From: Heterodontus francisci
Taxonomy: Eukaryota
DNA: 64,000 nucleotides
NCBI RefSeq assembly: GCF_036365525.1
Contig: NC_090399.1
Coordinates: 59,118,430 to 59,182,429, forward strand
Direction of reading: 5' to 3'
This document shows positions 1 to 12,390 of the stretch, piece after piece. Position 1 is the first letter of the stretch, and each line of letters starts with the position of its first letter. The notes beneath the pieces are model-generated. The model was not told the origin of the DNA and ran no database searches. It saw only the letters and a list, made by a program, of their open reading frames with translations. Position numbers and translations under genes: made by a program.

Positions 1-183
1 ACTTGGAAATCAGGGCTTACTGTATGACTGCTGGAGTTGGAAGACAGATTGGCGAACTCGCATTTGTGCCATCTAAATTAGAAAGGTGAGTGAAAATCGA
101 TGCCAAGATGGGTATGGATGGGCAGGAATAAGCCAATCGGCTGCCCGTCTTCACCTGACTGGACATTCCTTCCCGTTGAACAG

Positions 184-800
184 AGAAACATAGGAGCATC
201 GGAGCAGGAGTCGACCATTCAGCCCATTGAGCTTGCCCCGTCATTCAATATGATCATGGCTGATCATCCACTTCAATGCCTTTTTCCCACACTATCCTCA
301 TATCCCCTTATGTCATTTGTATTTAGAAATCTGTCAATGTCTGCTTTAAACATACTCCATGACTGAGCTTCCACAGCCCTCTGGGGTAGAGAATTCCAAA
401 GATTTACAACCATCTGAGTAAAGAAATTTCTCCTCATCTCTGTCCTAAGTGGCTTCCCCCTTATTTTGAAATTATTTCCCCTGGTTGTAGACTCTCCAAT
501 CATGGGAAACATCTTAGCTTCATCTACCCTGTCTGTCCCTTTAAGTATTTTGTAGGTTTCAATGAGATCTCCTCTCATTCTTTGAAATTCTGGAGAATAC
601 AGTCCCGGTTTCCCCAATCTCTCTTCATAGGACAGTCCTGCCATCCCAGGAACAAGTCTGGTGAACATTCACTACACTCCCTCTAGGGCAATAATATCCA
701 TCCTAAGTAAGGGTACCAAAACTGCACACAGTACTCCAAGTGCGGTCTAACCAAGGGTCTATACAACTGAAGCAAGACTTCACTGCTCCTGTACTCAAAT
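184..800 (-). mobile_element. CR1-type LINE, 5'-truncated 3' fragment
   Basis: ORF 273..668(-) FTRLVPGM..RGDLIETYKIL..RRNFFTQ..VVNLWNSLP is the CR1 ORF2 C-terminus, followed by a CR1 3' tail. Confidence 0.85.
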
Positions 801-1128
801 GGGAAATTGGAAGTGAATGGGAATGAAATTCTCCTTGCAACTATCAGGCAGAAAAAAACAATTTTTGGTCTGGTCGAAATCTAAAAATGCAATCACGTGT
901 TTCACTGTAGCAAATGTTGTTCTTTTGAAGTAACTCAGAATATGTTACCGAAGTCTATCCATAAAGACATGCATCTTTCCAGGATTATTAAACTTATGTG
1001 CTAGACTAACAGAAAGAGGGAGAGAGAGAGAGACAGTTTAAAAAAAAGATGAAATATTATGCAAGAACTGGCGACTGATCATCTTTCAGAGGAAGGAGAG
1101 TTCGTAATTTAATTTTGTCTGTTTGCAG

Positions 1129-2556
1129 CTAATTTTCTGACAACCGTCATTCTCTCTCGTGGAAACTGTGGTCTCTCTAAATGCATCACTCTTTACTTGG
1201 TGGCGATGGTAGTGGCTGATCTCATGGTCCTGATATTTGAAGTAATTTTGTTTGAGATTAAAGATGCTTATTTCCCATATTCATTCCTGAATTATACTCC
1301 TCTTTGGAGTCTAAATCTCACCCTACTTTTTGTTTCGATTGATTGCTCTCTGTCTGGCTAACTTTAGCATTCACCTTTGATAGATTTGTCGTTATTTGTT
1401 ACCAAACGTTGCGAACAAAATATTGCACCGAGAAAACTGCAGCCACGGTTATAGCAGTGGTGTGTTTCTTATGTATTTTAGAAAATGTTCCAGTCTACTT
1501 TATATATGAACCGAGGGAAATGGATGCAGATGCTTTGGAGAGGGTGCAGAGGAGGTTCACCAGGATGTTGCCTGGTATGGAGGGCACTAGCTATGAAGAG
1601 AGGTTGAGCAGATTAGAATTATTTTCATTAGAAAGACGGAGGTTGAGGGGGGACCTGATTGAGGTATACAAAATCATGAGAGGTATAGACAGGGTGGATA
1701 GCAAGAAGCTTTTTCCCAGAGTGGGGGATTCAATTACTAGGGGTCATGAGTTCAAAGTGAGAGGGGAAAAGTTTAGGGGGGATATGCGTGGAAAGTTCTT
1801 TACGCAGAGGGTGGTGGGTGCCTGGAACGCGTTGCCAGCGGAGGTGGTTGACACGGGCACGATAGCGTCTTTTAAGATGTATCTAGACAGATACATGAAT
1901 GGGCAGGAAGCAAAGAGATACAGACCCTAAGAAAATAGGCGACATGTTTAGATAGAGGATCTGGATCGGCGCAGGCTTGAAGGGCCAAAGAGCCCGTTCC
2001 TGTGCTGTAATTTTCTTTGTTCTTTTCTTTGTTCTTTGAAATAATTAATAATGTACCATGGTCCTGCTATGTAAAATCAAGCTTCTACACCTTACCCATA
2101 TGGATCACATACTTCTGGTTGGAAACAATTTTAACTCCGTTTGCACCATTTGTGTTGGTCGTGCTGTTCAATGCCCTGACCATCAGGTATATTGTGGTGT
2201 CCAACAGAGTGAGAAGCAGACTCAGAGGAAACAAGAATGTTGAGAATCACACTGACCCAGAGATGGAGAACCGAAGGAAGTCCATCATTTTATTGCTCTT
2301 AAAATCTGGCAGTTTTATATTGTCATGGATGCTATTTTTCATATGTTTCATATGTGTTCAGTTTACAGATGTTCAACTTTTAGAAGTTAATTACAACGAA
2401 TCGTTCACCATTGCAAAACAATCCGGGTATATGCTTAGGTGTTTAAGTTCTTGTGCAAACAAATTAATTTATGCAGTTTCCCAGAGCAAATTCAGAGAGG
2501 AATTGAAAAATCTGATGGAGTGTCCACTAGCTTACTTCACTAAACTAATCAAGTAA
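1129..2556 (+). pseudogene. GPR139/GPR142-like class A GPCR pseudogene (exon 2; exon 1 not seen in window)
   Basis: Acceptor ttttgtctgtttgcAG (1127-1128), then NFLTTVILSRGNCGLSKCITLYLVAM..; collinear with the intact paralogue (AFTFDRF, DPEMENRRKSI, FREELK); 2-bp insertion near 1350 gives TAA at 1359-1361; CR1 inserted at 1522-2037; terminal stop at 2554-2556. Confidence 0.9.
1522..2037 (+). mobile_element. Young 5'-truncated CR1 LINE inserted in the GPCR exon
   Basis: ALERVQRRFTRMLPGM..VVGAWNALP; (ttctttg)n tail; TSD GAAAT at 1517-1521 and 2038-2042; near-identical to 25733-26240. Confidence 0.92.
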
Positions 2557-2819
2557 GTTTAATAACTTCATAGAACTAGAATGCAAATGCACACATCCGA
2601 TGCAAACTGAAGTTGTTCAATTGATATAAACATACCAATGGAGGCTGCCATCTGGTCCGGATACAACATAAAATTGCATAGTCTCACATAGAATATAGCA
2701 GTCAGAGCCAGGTCATTCAGCCCGTGCCACCACTCGAGCCATTGGTGTCATACTGATTGAGATCGAAGATGTTTGGAGTATTATTAATTTTTGCCGATAG
2801 TCTAAGACAGCACAGCAAT

Positions 2820-3290
2820 AGCCTACATTTATTTAGCCACTTTAACTTATTACAACTTTACAATGCAATTCGCAGGAGCATTATTAAAGCAAATGGCTCC
2901 AAGCTTTAAGGAGATATTAGGGCAGATGATGAAGAGCTTGGTCAAAGATGCAGGTTTTAAGTAATTCTTAAAGGAGGAAAGGGAGCTAGAGAGGAGGACA
3001 TAATTAAAGAGAGAATTCCTCCAAAGTTCATGGCATTGGCAGCTGAAGGCACAATCTTCAATGGTGCAGTCATTAAAATTGGGGATGTTCAAGAGGCCAG
3101 AATTGGAGGAATACAGATATCTCAAAGGATTCGATGGACCGAATGGTCTCCTTCTGTGCCATTATGTCTCTATAACTCTATAACTGCAGAGCTGAAGAAG
3201 ATTACAGACATACAGAGGGTTGAGACCATGCAGAGATTTGAAATCAACAATGGAAATTGTAAAATCATGATATTGTTTAACTGGGAGGCA
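2820..3290 (-). mobile_element. Old L2-like LINE 3' fragment
   Basis: Minus-strand remnant AFSC..LW.NSL..SSSLSSFK..LK..L resembles L2 ORF2 ends; heavily decayed. Confidence 0.45.
3127..3184 (+). mobile_element. Minimal CR1 3'-tail insertion
   Basis: gatggaccgaatggtctccttctgtgcc followed by (ctctataa)2 tail, interrupting the L2-like remnant. Confidence 0.55.
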
Positions 3291-3819
3291 ACAGATATCA
3301 GATCAGAGCAAACATATATCTATTTTTCAAAAGAGAAATAAATCAATTCTACAATCAAATGTGCATTGTTTAACTGTTCTAAAGTCAACAAGGAGTTCCC
3401 GAACATATTCTTCAACTCATATACCCTTCAGTAACACATACGGTTATCTGTTGAAACCACTGACTATTCTTTTCCATGGACTTTTTTTGGAGGGGGGGCG
3501 GGGTGGTGTTTGATGGTTTTAGTGATAATGTTATACCTGGTCCACATTGTTCCCAAGTTGCAAATTTATAATGTGTAATGTGAATTTTTAAATGTACAGC
3601 ACATGGAATATTTTGGTCAAATAAAGTTTCTCAACACGTTTAAAATTTTCAACAATCCAATTAGATTGCTGCACGTCTATTCTTTCCCAAGGAAAAGGCA
3701 GCCTGCATCAACTATTCTCTAAATATAACATTGTGATACCCGAATAATCTCATTTGCTGGACGAAGGCTGTAAATCAGTCATGTGTGATCTTTCTTTATT
3801 CACCTGTTCAATTCATTCT

Positions 3820-4380
3820 TTCATCATCGGACAATCCCATCCCACAGGAATCAGTCTAGTGAACATTCGTTTCACTCCCTTTAAATCAAGTATGTCCTTC
3901 CTTAGGTAAGGAGAGTAAAACTGTGCACCATACTCCAGGTATGGTCTCACCAATTCCTATACATATGTCATAAGACTTTACACCATTATGCGCCAATCCC
4001 TTTGCATTAAATGCTAACATACCCTTTGCTTTCCTAATTGTTTGCTGTGCCTTCATGTTAAACTTCTGGGTTCGTGTATTACCAAGTTATGCTGAAAACA
4101 ATATTCCCCAGTCCTTCCCCATTTAAAATATATTATGTTTTTCTAAGTTTCTATCAAAGTGGGGAATTTTGCATTGCGCCACATTATGTTCCAGCTGCCA
4201 CATTCCTGCTCATGCCTAAACCTGTCTTTAGCCTTTGCAAACTCTTTGCATCCTTCTCACAGCTTACATTCCCACCTAACTTTGCATCGTAAGCAAACTT
4301 GGATGCATTACACTCGATCCCCTCATCTAAATCATTGATATAATCTGTCAATAGTTGTGGTTTAAGCACTGATCCTTGTA
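3820..4380 (-). mobile_element. Decayed CR1 RT fragment
   Basis: YINDLDEGIECNASKFAYDAKLGG (RT FADD region) on the minus strand. Confidence 0.75.
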
Positions 4381-6860
4381 GTTGGGTAACGATATGTTAC
4401 TGGTCCAGTAATCCAGAGACTTAGAATAATGACCCAGAGACATTTGCTCAAATTTAAATTGAATTAATTAAATCAAATCTGGATACAATGCTAACATCAG
4501 TAACGTTGGTCATGAAACTACCAGATTGTCATAAAAACCCATCTGCTTTATTAATTTCCGGAAGGGAAGGAGAGCGGCCATCCTTTCCCACTCTGGCCTC
4601 CATGTGACACCTGACCCCAACTGCCCTCTGAAAAGCCCTAGCAAGACATTCAATTGTAGCAAACTGAAACGAAGAAGTGTACTGAGAATAAAACCAGATG
4701 GACCACCGAATATCGACCGAAGCACCGGATACAGCAAAGGCACACCCAGCCCACTGGACCCTGCAGAGTCCTCCTCAGTAATATCTGGTGACTTGTGTGA
4801 AAATTGAGATAACTGTTCATAGAGTCATTTGTGGCACAGAGGGAGGCCATTTGGCCCATTGGGTCCATGCAGTCTCTCCACAGAGCTATGCTGCCAGTCT
4901 CACTCCCTGGCCCGATTCCCATAGCCTTGAAAGTCTATTTCTCTCAGGTGGCCATCCAACGTCCTCTTAAGTCATTGACCATCTCCTCTTCCACCTCCCT
5001 TGTGGGCAGCGAGTTCCAAGTCATTACCAACTGCAGTGGAAAAAAAAATGCTTCTTCATATTCTTCCTGCATCGCTTGCCCAAAACCTTCAATCTGTGTC
5101 CCTTAGACATTGTACCATTTGTTAATGGGAACAGCTTTTCCTCGTCCAGCTTAACTAAACCTGTCATAATCTTGTACACTTCCATTAAATCTCCACTCAA
5201 TTTCCTTTGTTCTAAGGAGACCAAAATTAGCTTTTTCAACATAACCTTGTAACTAAAATATTCCATCCCTGGAACCATTCTGTTAAATCTCCTCTGCGCC
5301 CTCTCATGGTCCCTCACATTCTTCTTATAGTGTGGTGACAAGAACTTGATGCAACAGGGGCCTAACCAGAGTTTTATAAAGGTTCAGCATAACTTATATG
5401 CTTTTGTGTTCAATGCCTGTCTCACAGGCTAGTTAAGCAAAGGCCTGTCATTGTCATACTCACAGAATCATACCTTTCAGACAACATCCCAGGCTTCTCC
5501 ATCAGCATCCCCAGCTTGGTCTTGACTCACCAGCAGGACAGAACAACCAGACCTGGCAGCAAAGTTATACAGTTGGGAGGTCGTGGCCCTGCGAGTCCTC
5601 AATGTTGACTCTGCATCTAATTCCCATGGCATTAGATCAAACATGGGCAATGAAGCTTCTGCTGATTACCAACTACCATGCTCATTTAGCAGAGGAATCA
5701 ATTTTCCGTCATGCTGAACACCACATGGAAGAAGCACTGAGGGTAGCAAGGGCACAGAATGTACTCTAGGTGAGGGACTTCAATGTCCAGCAGCAAAAGT
5801 GGCACGGCTCCACGAGTGACTGAGTTCCTCGAGTCCTGAAGGTCATAGCTGCCAGACTAGACCTGCAGCAGGTAATGAGAGAACCAGCACAGGCAAAGTA
5901 CCTAGCTGACCTCGTCCACAACAACCTACTGTTGTATTTTCATCTGTCCATGACAATGTTGGTTGGAGTGGACCACCGCACTGTCCTTATGGAAATAAAG
6001 TTTCATCGTCACATTGAGGACAAGATCTATTGTATTCTGTTACACTACCACTGTGCTAAAAGTGATGGACTCAGAACAGATCTAGCTGCTCAAAACTGGG
6101 CATCCATTGGCCATCAGCAGCAGAATTGGATTTCCCCACCATTTGAAACTTTGTGGACCAGCATTGCCTCATTATACCATTACTATCAAGGCAAGGGACC
6201 AACCCTGGTTCAATGATGAGTGTAGGAGAGAATGGTAGGAGCAGCACACAGCAAACTAAAAATGAGGTACCAACCTGGTGAAGCTACAACACAGGAGCTA
6301 CATGCATGTATACTAAACAGCGGAAGGAGCAGCAATGTATCAGATCAAAGCTCTGCAGTTTTGCCAGATCCAATCAAAAATGGCAGTAGACAATTAAACA
6401 ACTAACAGCAGGAGGATGACACTCCATGAGCACCCCTATCCTCAATTATGGCGGAGCCCAGCACGTGAGTTCAAAAAACAAGGCTGATGTATTTGCACCG
6501 ATCTCTTACTGAGGTTCCCAGCATCACAGATGCCAGTCTTCCACCAATTTGATTCACTCCACATGATATCAAGAAATGGCTGAGTTTACTGGACATAGCA
6601 AAGGCTATGGGCCCAACAATATCCCAGCTGTAGTACTGAAGATTTGTTCTTCAGAACTACCTGCACCCCAGCCAAGCTAGTCCAGTATGGCTGCAACACT
6701 GGCATCTACCTGACAAAGTAGAAAATTACCCAGCGGTGTTCTGTCCATTTAAAACAAACTGCCTAATTACCACACCATCAGTTTACTCTCAAGTATTATC
6801 AAGTTGTGGAAGGTGTTATCAGCAGTGTTATCAAGAGGCAGTTACTCATGAATAATGTCC
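4381..6860 (+). mobile_element. Decayed APE-RT LINE 'family B' (CR1/L2 group) with its upstream 5' module
   Basis: From 4690 (aaaccagatggaccacc) collinear with 56461-58120; endonuclease remnant gggacttcaatgtcca (GDFNV); interrupted at ~4818-5417. Confidence 0.75.
4818..5417 (-). mobile_element. CR1 3' fragment nested in the family B LINE
   Basis: ORF 5024..5341(-) SPHYKK..AQRRFNRMVPGM..GDLMEVYKIM. Confidence 0.8.
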
Positions 6861-6869
6861 GACATATCT

Positions 6870-9005
6870 AGGGCAGAGTCATGACACTTAAGGACAAATG
6901 GCCAGTCGCCTTGCAAGAGTCAAATACTCAACAACTATTACCCCTTAGTTAGTCATAGAATCTACTATTGCAGTAGTGATGTAAGCAGATCTGGGGCCCC
7001 TGAGGAGATGTCTACTGTAAATAGGAGTGGGGAAGAAAAGGATTTGCTAGGAACTAGGAATAGCTGGGTGAATGATGAAGGCAACCCAAACCCCGAAGAA
7101 AGACTACCATCTAATGATTCTACTCACAAACCCAGACAAGAACTCTTGAAAATTGAAACTTGGAATGGGAAGACACTTTATCAGAGTGGTAAAATAGACA
7201 ACTGTATGAAAGATGTTAAGACTCAACATCAACATTGTAGGATTGGCAAAGGAAATCAGGTTATGATCTTCTCAGGTGGCAGTGAACATGGAATAGAATC
7301 AGAATAATGATGACAAAGAAGGTAGCAAGAACTATGCCGGGATATTGATCAATATCAGAGACAGTGATTATGGCAGAATTTAAAGGGAAAGCAATGAATA
7401 TTGCATGTTTACAACTGTATGGACCCACCAGGATCACAGTGATGAAGAAGTGGAAGTATTCTATGAGGAGTTGCAAAACTTATTGAAGCATGTGAAGAGT
7501 CGAGACATCTTGCTAGTCACTGGTGATTTGAACACATAAGTTGGCGGAGAGAGGCATGGAAAAGTGATAGGAGCGTTTTGACTAGGAACGAAGAACAGCG
7601 AAGCTGAACACCTGATACCCTGATACAGTCCCTGAGGAAAACAGCGTGTTCATCTTGAATGCATTGTTCAAACAACATCCAAGAAGGCTGTACACTTGGA
7701 AGATTCCAGGAGATGTTCACAAAAATCTAATAGATTTTCTGATGATCAATGAAAGGTACAAGAACAGCGTCAAAAATGCGTTCACTTACACAGCGGCAGA
7801 CAACAATTCAGATCACTGCCTGCTTATAGTGAAGGTGAAGTTCAAGCTGAAACTCGTGAAAAGAAATCCCATGAAAGACCAAGTTAACCTGGACAGACTG
7901 AGTAGAAGATCTGGTGAAGAAGTACACAGTGGAGGTTACTAACAGGTATGAAGCTATACTTCAGGAAGTGACAGATCAATATCTCAGTGAGGAGAAAACA
8001 ACAGAAAGGCATTGGGAAAGGCTGAAACAGAGCATAAAACATACAAAAACTGAGATGGTCCCGAAAAAAAAGAGAGGAGGAAACCAGGAGTGTATGCTTA
8101 ATGAAATACTAGATATGATTGAGAAATAGAGACAGAATAAGAAGAATAATTATGAATATGGTGAAATTAAAAAGCAGATCAGGAAAGATTGTAGAGCAGC
8201 CAAGGAAAGGTGGTATGAAGACTACTGCGTGGAAATAGAAGAACTGGAGAAAAGGCATAACATGAGGGCATTGCATGAGAAAGTTAAAGCGGGGACAGAT
8301 AAGAAGTAAAGAATAACTACAAATAATGGCTGTATGAGGAGCAAGGAAGGTGAACTTCTCTTCGAAAAAGAAAGTGCAGAGGAACGATGGGTGAAGTACT
8401 TCAGAGAGCTGTATGATGATGAAGACAGATGTGAATTGGAATGATCAGAAGGAAGAGAATTACTGGAGATAATAGAAGCAGAAGTCAGTCCAGCAATCAA
8501 CAAGCTGAGAGCAAAGAAAGAACCTGGAATCGATGAGATACCAACAGAATGCCTGAAAGCCCCGAATGATGTTAACATTGAGATACTGATTGAGACTGCA
8601 ACAACATTTACAGAACAGGATTCTTACATGAAGATCTGATGCAGCCGGTGTTCATTAAGCTGCCAAAGAAACCAAAAGCCCGAGAGCGTTCAGAGAGCAG
8701 GACAATAAGCTTCTTGAGCCCTGTGATGAAAATGATACCAATAATCATTTTGGGAAGAAATGATCAGTCTATAGAAGCAGAGATAGATGATAATCAGTCA
8801 GGATTCAAATCAAAGAAAGGAACATCTTTAACTTGAAAGTAGTTATTGGAAGACACCTGGAAGTGCAAAAACAAACTGTGAATGTATGCTTTATAATCAA
8901 TGAGAGGCATTTGATAGCATCTACCGTCAGAAAATAATGGAGTGCTTAAACAAACTAGAAATCAACAGAAATGAGAAAAGGATAATTCAGAATCTATATT
9001 GGATT
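6870..9005 (+). mobile_element. Decayed RTE-clade LINE (endonuclease plus RT N-terminal half)
   Basis: KIETWNGKTLYQSGK, NALFKQHPRRLYTWKIPG..IDF..SDHCLL, PGIDEIPTECLK, FIKLPKKPKA..RTISFLS; many stops; 3' part missing. Confidence 0.8.
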
Positions 9006-9009
9006 AAGG

Positions 9010-9290
9010 TATTGGGACAAAAGTCGGTCATTCATCTCCTTTACTCTGTTCTGCCATTCAGTTGGATAATGGTTGATCAGCACATCACCTCTACTATATT
9101 ATAATATCATTCACGAACTTTACTCCATTTCTCTTGATACCCATATTAAGCAAGAATCCATTGGTCTTAGTCTTTAAAAATGTCAGTTGAGGCCCAGCAT
9201 CCACAGCCTTTTGACTGAGAGTTCCGCTATCTTTTGTGTGAAAAAGTCTATCCTGATTTTATTGGCAAATCCCCTAGATTGAATTTGAGG
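9010..9290 (-). mobile_element. Old CR1 3' tail fragment
   Basis: Resembles the tails at 184-480 and 13735-14000 (cattca..ggataatggttgatc, catccacagcc). Confidence 0.4.
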
Positions 9291-10118
9291 AAATTGTCTC
9301 TCAGGTCATGTTATTTAGTATCTAATGGATGTTGCTGCTATCTCTTTTGAATACCACCAATTGTAGCCATCCTCACAATAGTCGCATCTTGAATGCTGGA
9401 CCTGTTTATTTAAGGAGTTTTAATAAGTCGATAGTAATAGCGTTGGTGTTAATAGTCCCACTGGAGGTCCAGCACACAGGTTTGTTTCTCCAACTGGATC
9501 TAAATTGCACTGCTGAGCAGATCTGTTTACCAGGCTCACTCAGTGTTCAGGTGCCTGAGTGATAGGGGGCTCTGGTGCAAAATGTGATTGCCATCGTGAG
9601 AACTGCCTCCCTCCCTCGTATCTTCTTGAGCTTCCCGCAAGCTATTTAAGACAGATGGAGGTCCTGCTCCAATTGGGCACAATCATAAATTTGCAGCCCA
9701 ATTCTGTCATCTGGGATGACATAAGCCAAGTGTGTACCACTTGCTCAGTGAATATTCAGTTCCTATACATCTGCAAAAATTGACAGTGCTAATCTTCTTC
9801 ACAAACAAACATTTATAATGTCAAATACAACATATGTGTATTTTCCAGTCTGAAAGCATATTAATGAATATATTTGTTTGAATTGGCATGATCAATGATT
9901 CAGTAACTACAACTTTAAAAAGGTTGAACATTTCAAAACTAATTAAATTAATATTCTCTCCTTGGTGTTCCTCATTGCCACTGCGAAATGTAAATAACAA
10001 TTTTCTATTCCCGCTGAGCATTGGAGTACAAACTGCTGCTTAACCTATTTGTTCAAGTGGCTGTAACTAATGCCAGTTATTGCCTGACCTAATTGCCTCA
10101 CTTGACATTTCTCAAAAG

Positions 10119-10152
10119 TATAAATCGGGCTCAGTTCAATACATCTCATTAG
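10119..10152 (+). promoter_or_regulatory. Putative core promoter (TATA box plus initiator-like motif) of the intact GPCR
   Basis: TATAAAT at 10119-10125; CTCATT with A at 10148 (29 nt downstream); ATG at 10193. Confidence 0.45.
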
Positions 10153-10192
10153 TGTGTCAATCACACCAAGAGGTTGCTTCGTTTTTAAGAAA

Positions 10193-10262
10193 ATGGGACT
10201 ATTTATAATTCCACAGATAGAAGAAATTTACTATCCGCTTCTTGCCCTGGTTGGTGTTCCTT
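10193..10262 (+). CDS. GPR139-like GPCR, coding exon 1 (MGLFIIPQIEEIYYPLLALVGVP + phase-1 T)
   Basis: ATG in aaaATGg context; YYPLLALVGVP is the first half of TM1; donor GTAAGT at 10263; phase matches the acceptor at 12389-12390. Confidence 0.85.
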
Positions 10263-11786
10263 GTAAGTTACCATAATCAGTTATTCCTTGTTTTACAGAA
10301 TGAGAGTGTGCTTGCTGTCAGTCTAGTATTGTCATCTGTCCAGATGTACAGTTTTAACTATTGTCAGTGGATTAGGAAAAAAATGGCTTTAATACAGTTA
10401 GCTCAGTGGGCCTGATTTATATGTAAACAACAGTTTACAGAATATTAAACTGGTGCCATTCAGTTTTCATGAATATGCTGCATTGAATAAACCTCTGTTA
10501 CATAGGAGTCAATGGTCGTCCTGCAATTTGGTTGTTCGAATCGTTATTGGGTATTATAATTTAATTATTCTGTGTTCAATTATGTTATAACAATGAAAAT
10601 AGTTTACATTTATATAATGTCGTTCATGCCGAATAAAATGCCCAAGATTCTTACAATATCTCTGTTCCCAATACAGACTTTGATATACTATCTAATACAG
10701 TACACATCTAGTACATTTTCGGGATTTATTTTCCAAAGTCGTGAACAGAATGATTTTCCGTTGCCACATTTCCCTTCAATGTAAATTTTCGAGTTTGTTT
10801 GTAATTGTAGCTTTTGTAAAATAATATATTTTTCGTGCAATTTTAGCATTTAGGAATGTTGTTGGAGATGGTTCTTTCATCCAATGAGTTGGGATAGGAA
10901 AGTGTGCTCTCAAACCACACTTGTGGGAAAACCCTCATTCTGCAACAGCTGGTCCAACTCAAGGAATCAGACTGGCAGGAAAGCGCACTCAATAATAACT
11001 TAACAAATTGTCTTTCATCCTTGTGTCCCAGCAAGGTGAAGACTGCCTGGTGGGAAGCCTGATATATCAGGATGGTTTCTGTCTTTGATCAGGTTGCACT
11101 TCAAGTTGGTTTATCTAACAAAACAGGGAAATGAAATGGGATTCCTTAAGGGGAGATACGCTCCTGTTACATTTCTCAAATAGCTAATTCAATTATCCAG
11201 GAAAACTCTAAAACCTGGGTCAAGTCTTGCTGTTTGCAATAGTCTAATATAATGTGCAGGTTGACTATTTGTATTGCTGTTCTCGGATATTCTTTATTGT
11301 TTCTGTACAAATATGCACCTTATAAATAAAGGCAACCGAAAAGGTCGGCCGGCCGGCCGGAGCTGTACAATTTTAAAGAAATCATCGTCCCACATTGAGC
11401 ACCGGAATGAGTGGCGGATCAGCCCCCAGTACAAGACATTACAGGAAAAGAGCGAATGTTAACAAACTGTGGACTGAGCATTTAAGATGGTTCAGCATCG
11501 AGATAAATTGGGCAGTGAATAAAATGAATCGTCCCTGGTATAAATTGGATGCAGTCCATCTCTAGGCGCGAGTCAAGTGTTTAGTCCAAAAGACTTAATG
11601 GCCAAGATTTTACCGAGTTTATAAAATTCTGCCTAACTGTGGGATATTCAGATAGCCGTTTAAAACACATGCAAGACATACCCAAGCATCTGTATTAGTA
11701 TTTGACAAGGTTATGAATATTGTTTGGATGATTCAGTGATTGACTGGTCTGTTAATTATGTGATTGGTGGATTTACTGATTCATTT

Positions 11787-12043
11787 GGGGCAATTTTCAC
11801 TTTGGCTGATGGGACGCCTGATGTTTATTTCTGCTCCGTTCAATGGAAATAAAAAACCGGTTAGAGAATGATAATGGGGAGCTGATCCAATACCGTCCAT
11901 TTTACACTATTTCCCAGTTTTACATCTCTCTCGAATTTTATTTCCAATGAAGTCAATGGAAATGAAAATGGGGAGAACTGTACAATAGATTGCCGACACG
12001 CTATCATCCGTTTAGACTATTGCACAAAGTCAAGAACTGCCCC
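11787..12043. mobile_element. Old MITE-like non-autonomous DNA transposon in the GPCR intron
   Basis: Imperfect TIRs ggggcaattttcacttt / aaagtcaagaactgcccc; internal palindrome ttttatttccaatgaagtcaatggaaatgaaaa. Confidence 0.45.
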
Positions 12044-12390
12044 TTGGTCATCTCACTTTACTTGTGTGTTCTCATTAATTGTATGGAAGGTGCACTAGTG
12101 AGAATGATCACCGCATTGTATGTGTGCACCGGGTTACCTGAGAAATGTCTCTCCATTCTGTTGCAGTTAATTATTTTTAAGGTCCACATAAACTGGTCGC
12201 GTTATGAAACCGGTTCCAGAGTCAGTTTGGCGCCACCGCCTGGGACAAATTTCACCCAAAGCAAAAGGAAACTGAGTTGAGTAAATGCACAAAAGATTTA
12301 GTTAATTTCCGTATAACATATTCTTAAACTGACTGCCCCTGTGAATTGAATGCAATTAATAGTTTCCCTTGTATTCTCTTTTTCTTGTAG

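Noticed and set aside
1343-1930. Chimeric GPCR-CR1 fusion protein
   Set aside because: The upstream frameshift stop at 1359-1361 disconnects it and there is no ATG start for the GPCR part; in-frame by chance
9290-9790. Possible further decayed LINE RT fragment on the minus strand
   Set aside because: Too degraded to assign from motifs by eye
12369-12390. Single-exon start (TTG) for the GPCR
   Set aside because: This is the intron polypyrimidine tract and acceptor; a proper exon 1 exists at 10193-10262
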